A stretch of 64,000 nt of DNA from assembly GCA_040954595.2 (NCBI GenBank), contig CM082577.2:372001-436000 (forward strand), in the 5' to 3' direction. The notes beneath the pieces are model-generated. The model did no database searches. It saw only the letters and a list, made by a program, of their open reading frames with translations, and was not told the DNA's origin. A program made the translations under genes and the position numbers. How positions within the stretch are numbered: the stretch's first letter is position 1; each line of letters begins with the position of its first letter. Source of the DNA: Balanoglossus misakiensis. Its lineage: Eukaryota; Animalia; Hemichordata. Of the stretch, positions 60,001 through 64,000 are shown in pieces.

Positions 60001-63000
60001 ATCAAATTTTAATAATACTGGCACATTATACTAGGGTGTATATTTCACATTATTTCATCAAGGCCTACCCACTAAGTAATGGATTTGTGAACGCTGGAAA
60101 TCTGCCTGACGTACAGACTTTAACCCAAGCTGAATGGTTAAAAATGCATACATGCAATCATTCAGGTGTTGTCTACATTATGCAATCATATTACAGCCTA
60201 ATAAAACTTTTGGACACATCTTGCAATGTACATTGCCAACCAAGAAATGTGACTATACCAACTGTTAGCAGATTTCAGGTTTCCTTTCTAGAGATATCAA
60301 TAAGTCAATATCTGTTGTAAACATTTAGTGCAGTACTTCTTGATATTGAAAACTTCATTCAAATGTAAATTAACGATGATGAAACACTTTTAAATGCCTC
60401 CACATCATGTGAGAGATATATAATTCTGCACAGAACTGAGATATCCCTAATTATCAATGAATTGCCAAAACGTAAGATTGTACAAACTTAGCATCATCAT
60501 GTATGGTAACCTATGTTTGGCCTGTGTTTCCAGTGCTGATCCAAGTACACATTGTAATAAATATTCCACAATTTCAAACATATTCATCAACTACAAGAGT
60601 ATCATGCATTATACCCATGATGCTGATAAAAACTGGAGTGTACATGATAATCTTTGAGAACCATTATTAAATATTGACCATATGAAAACTCATGCTGAAT
60701 ATTCAACATACTGATTTCCCTTGAATATTTGATGAGTTTATTTTGTCTTATCACGGAAGCAGATGCTTCTTGACCTCCGTCCCTTGACGACGCCAACTCA
60801 AAACTCATATCCTTCCTTGCTGACTCTAGCTAGTAAGTTTCAAAATTAAGACTTAAACATTGTTTACATACAACAGAACAATATAAGATGACTTTTTTCC
60901 ATTCAAGAAGGCCGGAAAATTCATCCTTTCAGCAAGTACACATATCACACCCAGCTATAAATATCGTGGTATCTGACCACTCACCAAATTGTAAAATATG
61001 TGACAAAAAGTATCTGTAATTGACAAGTGAACATTGAAATTCAAAAATCTTCTGTCATTCTAATGACCTCGATTTTTAAAAATGATACTTAATAATGTGA
61101 CTCACTTATAATCCAGTGCCATTATATTAAGTGCTGGCAGTAATATTGGAGATTTCCTTTATAATGTACAACTACAAGGCTTTTTCTAGGGGTACTTAGA
61201 GTTCAGTGAAGCTTATGAAGCAGAACTTACAGGTACTGCTCAAGGCCTATTCTCATCTTATCACAGCCAGGTGTAATGCACTCGTATTTCTCCTGCACTT
61301 TAATAACACACCAGACACTTCCAATAGATCACCTTTAGCTTACAATGGATTTTTTTTTTCAAATTTTCTATTCTTCATCAGCAGGTGAACTTCTGGAACA
61401 ACAGACAACTGGGGTTGTTTGCAACAATGATATCTATCACCCAGGGGAAAGTAAAGCCTATTTGCAGAAAATAACGTTTTTTATCACCGGTCTCGGCTAA
61501 GTAATTTTCACTGAATATTATATGTCAGGATGATAGTTTCATAGTGAAATACAGCCCCAAGTTTGCAATGTCTTCAAACACCGGAATGAGCAGTATTTCT
61601 GCATGACTTGCAACTATGTCATAGTTGAATTCACCCCAAGTCATTCTTACAAGATAGCACATAACAGCCACTGATACATACTCTGCACGCACCTTTCCTG
61701 ATTAAAATGACACAAACAAGTTTAATGTCTGTCGCGAGCAACAACATTTGGGCAATAAAATTGTTAACCATACTCTATTATTCATGGAAATTTTCTGAGC
61801 TGTAGTTTAATATGATTGAACTCAATAAGAAATCAAGCATGATGATAATTTTTCTACACTTCAGTAAATATATCTTTTATGCATTTACTTGTTCCACAAC
61901 AAATATTCAGACATACATGTATTACCAAGAAGTATCGATTTTAAGCAATACATAACACAGTACAAGCTGTGTTGATATTAATAATTGGCACATCTTACTT
62001 TCTTAGCCCTTAGCCAACTTGTAACTGATATACATCTATTTTGTCACCAGTTGGCAAAACAGCAGCAATATCTCTGTTACAGTATCAGTATGAGTATGTA
62101 TGTCAATGGATGGGAGTATGATGTTGACACAGCATGTATGATGAGCCCCATGATGATGTTCAAGATGTCTCAGTAATAATGTGCATGTTTCTAAAATTTA
62201 TGAGATAACACAGATGAATAACTTTGGAGAACCTTTTAGGACCCTAGTAATTGGAAGAGCAGAAAATTTTTTTTTAATTTTATTTTAATTCCAAACGACA
62301 AACGCCCAAAAGAGAACAACCCCCGGCCATAACCAGCTGCAGCATCAAAATAGGGTCGGTCAGACCTTAAGAGTCAAAGCAAACTACTTCTCCTCAAGAC
62401 ACTAAATTTATAATGAGTTCACTGATAAAAGCCTCCTCTTTCTAGACTTCTAACCCATTATGATCACCAGTTCAAACTGCTCTGACATTGCAGAGCAAAT
62501 GATCACACTGCGCTTAGCTGAAAGCCACACTGAAAGCAAAACCATCAACATTCCCAGGAGGATTCTGCACTATGTTTCACCACGGTAACCCTTCCAGACA
62601 AAATGTCAGCAAACATTCATCATTTGGCAAAGATTGGAGAGATAATTAAGAAAACAAATTGCCTCCATTCATCTTGGACTGTGAAGTAACTATGTAATCA
62701 AATATCAATTTGTCGGCTTTCTCCCAAAAATTACTTCATATTCTGTGGAGGAACAGGTGACAATTGCTCTGCTTTGTGATGCTACATGTTGTCATTTTCT
62801 TAATTCACACTGAAGCAGCCATCGTTCCTTTGAATTCAAACACAGGCAAAATGAACAACTACTGCAACTGACAGTTCGTGAATGTTATTCACACATACCA
62901 ATACCACTCATATACAAATGAATACATAAGCAACAGTCAATGTTTGCAAACTTCTGGAAAATAATTATTTCAAACACATGACTTTAAAGGTCTACTCTGG

Positions 63001-64000
63001 GAGCATACTTTATAACTTGCATGTACAAATACCGGCATTGGTTTTTCAGGAAACAAAACATTTCCTGACAACGATTATTAAATGTTGTAAGGTTGTAAAT
63101 ATTGACTATATTCACTGGCTCGTGCAAAAACTGCAATTTCGAAGGAAGTTTTCAGGATGGACAAATGCAAGCGCACAAAAACACCGATGAAAAAGACAGG
63201 ACAAGAATGAAAAACTGAATTTTGATTTGAAACGGACATGTGCTGTTTCTCTCTCTTTTTGTTAAATACCAGACTGACGTTTTCAGACGACCACTATAAT
63301 TATATTGTCATCTTCACTGAGATTTATCAGTGAATGGCATGTCCTCATGAGAAAATAACTGCGGGGATTTGTTGTCAAGCACCTATCTTGTATGCAGACC
63401 ATGTCAAATCCAATCAGACTCATTTCTGGCAGTATCTGGGCAATTCTCACAGGCTGATAAAGTCACATCAGGAGCACCACTCAGCCTGTGGCGGAAATTA
63501 TTCGACGCTCTGTGGGAAGTGAGAATATACAGTGTAATTGGAACAACACTGTTAAACCCTAATTTGGATCCATGCACTAACAACAAACTACTACACAATC
63601 AGTATGTTCACTTTCATTCATTTAGCATGCGAGGCATTGATTGTCACCCGCAGTGAGGTATCAGCTATTTCTAAATGCCATTTGTACCGGATCACTTTCT
63701 AAAAATGGGCAGTCAACACCTTGTTTGCAAATCAGAATCAATTATCGACAATCACTTGCTTTTGTCCTTCAAGCATCGCGTTAGATTAGATTCACAGATG
63801 AGACATGTGACACTGAAGAAAAAGTTTCAGGCGAAAGCATTACCTATTATTGTCTGCAGGATTTTGGTGGTCACGCATCTCTACGAACGATGTCTGAAAT
63901 AATCATTACTACGAGGCAGGAATGACATTAAGGGACTTTCATGTTTGATGGAGTATATTACTTTCGGCATGAATGAATCACCAAACAAATGCAAGAGATG

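Noticed and set aside
59868-60320. 150-aa + strand ORF
   Set aside because: No recognisable motifs or exon boundaries.
1-64000. CRISPR arrays, operons, rRNA/tRNA genes, U12 introns, autonomous transposons
   Set aside because: The sequence is spliceosomal eukaryotic DNA with no regularly spaced repeats; all mapped introns are U2-type GT-AG; no RT or transposase ORF was seen.

Overview
AT-rich, intron-rich eukaryotic DNA, most likely from an invertebrate bilaterian (inferred from intron style, repeat types and the protein sequences). It has no prokaryotic features. Two genes face each other tail to tail. (1) On the + strand at 818-2151 are the last four coding exons of a TMC (transmembrane channel-like) gene, most like the TMC5/6 group. 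(2) On the - strand is a BAIAP3/Munc13-4-family gene (C2A-MUN-C2B). I traced 29 consecutive in-phase GT-AG exons by hand from 31787 to the stop at 7537 (3424 nt; about 1172 aa with the first exon at 39921-40015). Positions 32-64 kb are the upstream/first-intron region of this gene and hold several candidate ATG-initiated first exons that all end in phase 2, matching the shared exon. The best unannotated signal is a 6-nt microexon (12110-12115) in the MUN domain with a TACTAAC branch point, an AG-free tract and a UGCUGC element, the layout of SRRM3/4 (eMIC)-type neural microexons. Also present are RFX X-box-like palindromes, TTAA-flanked MITEs, a HINE/pearl-like repeat and a circularly permuted dispersed repeat. 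All coordinates were read by hand and no database searches were run.
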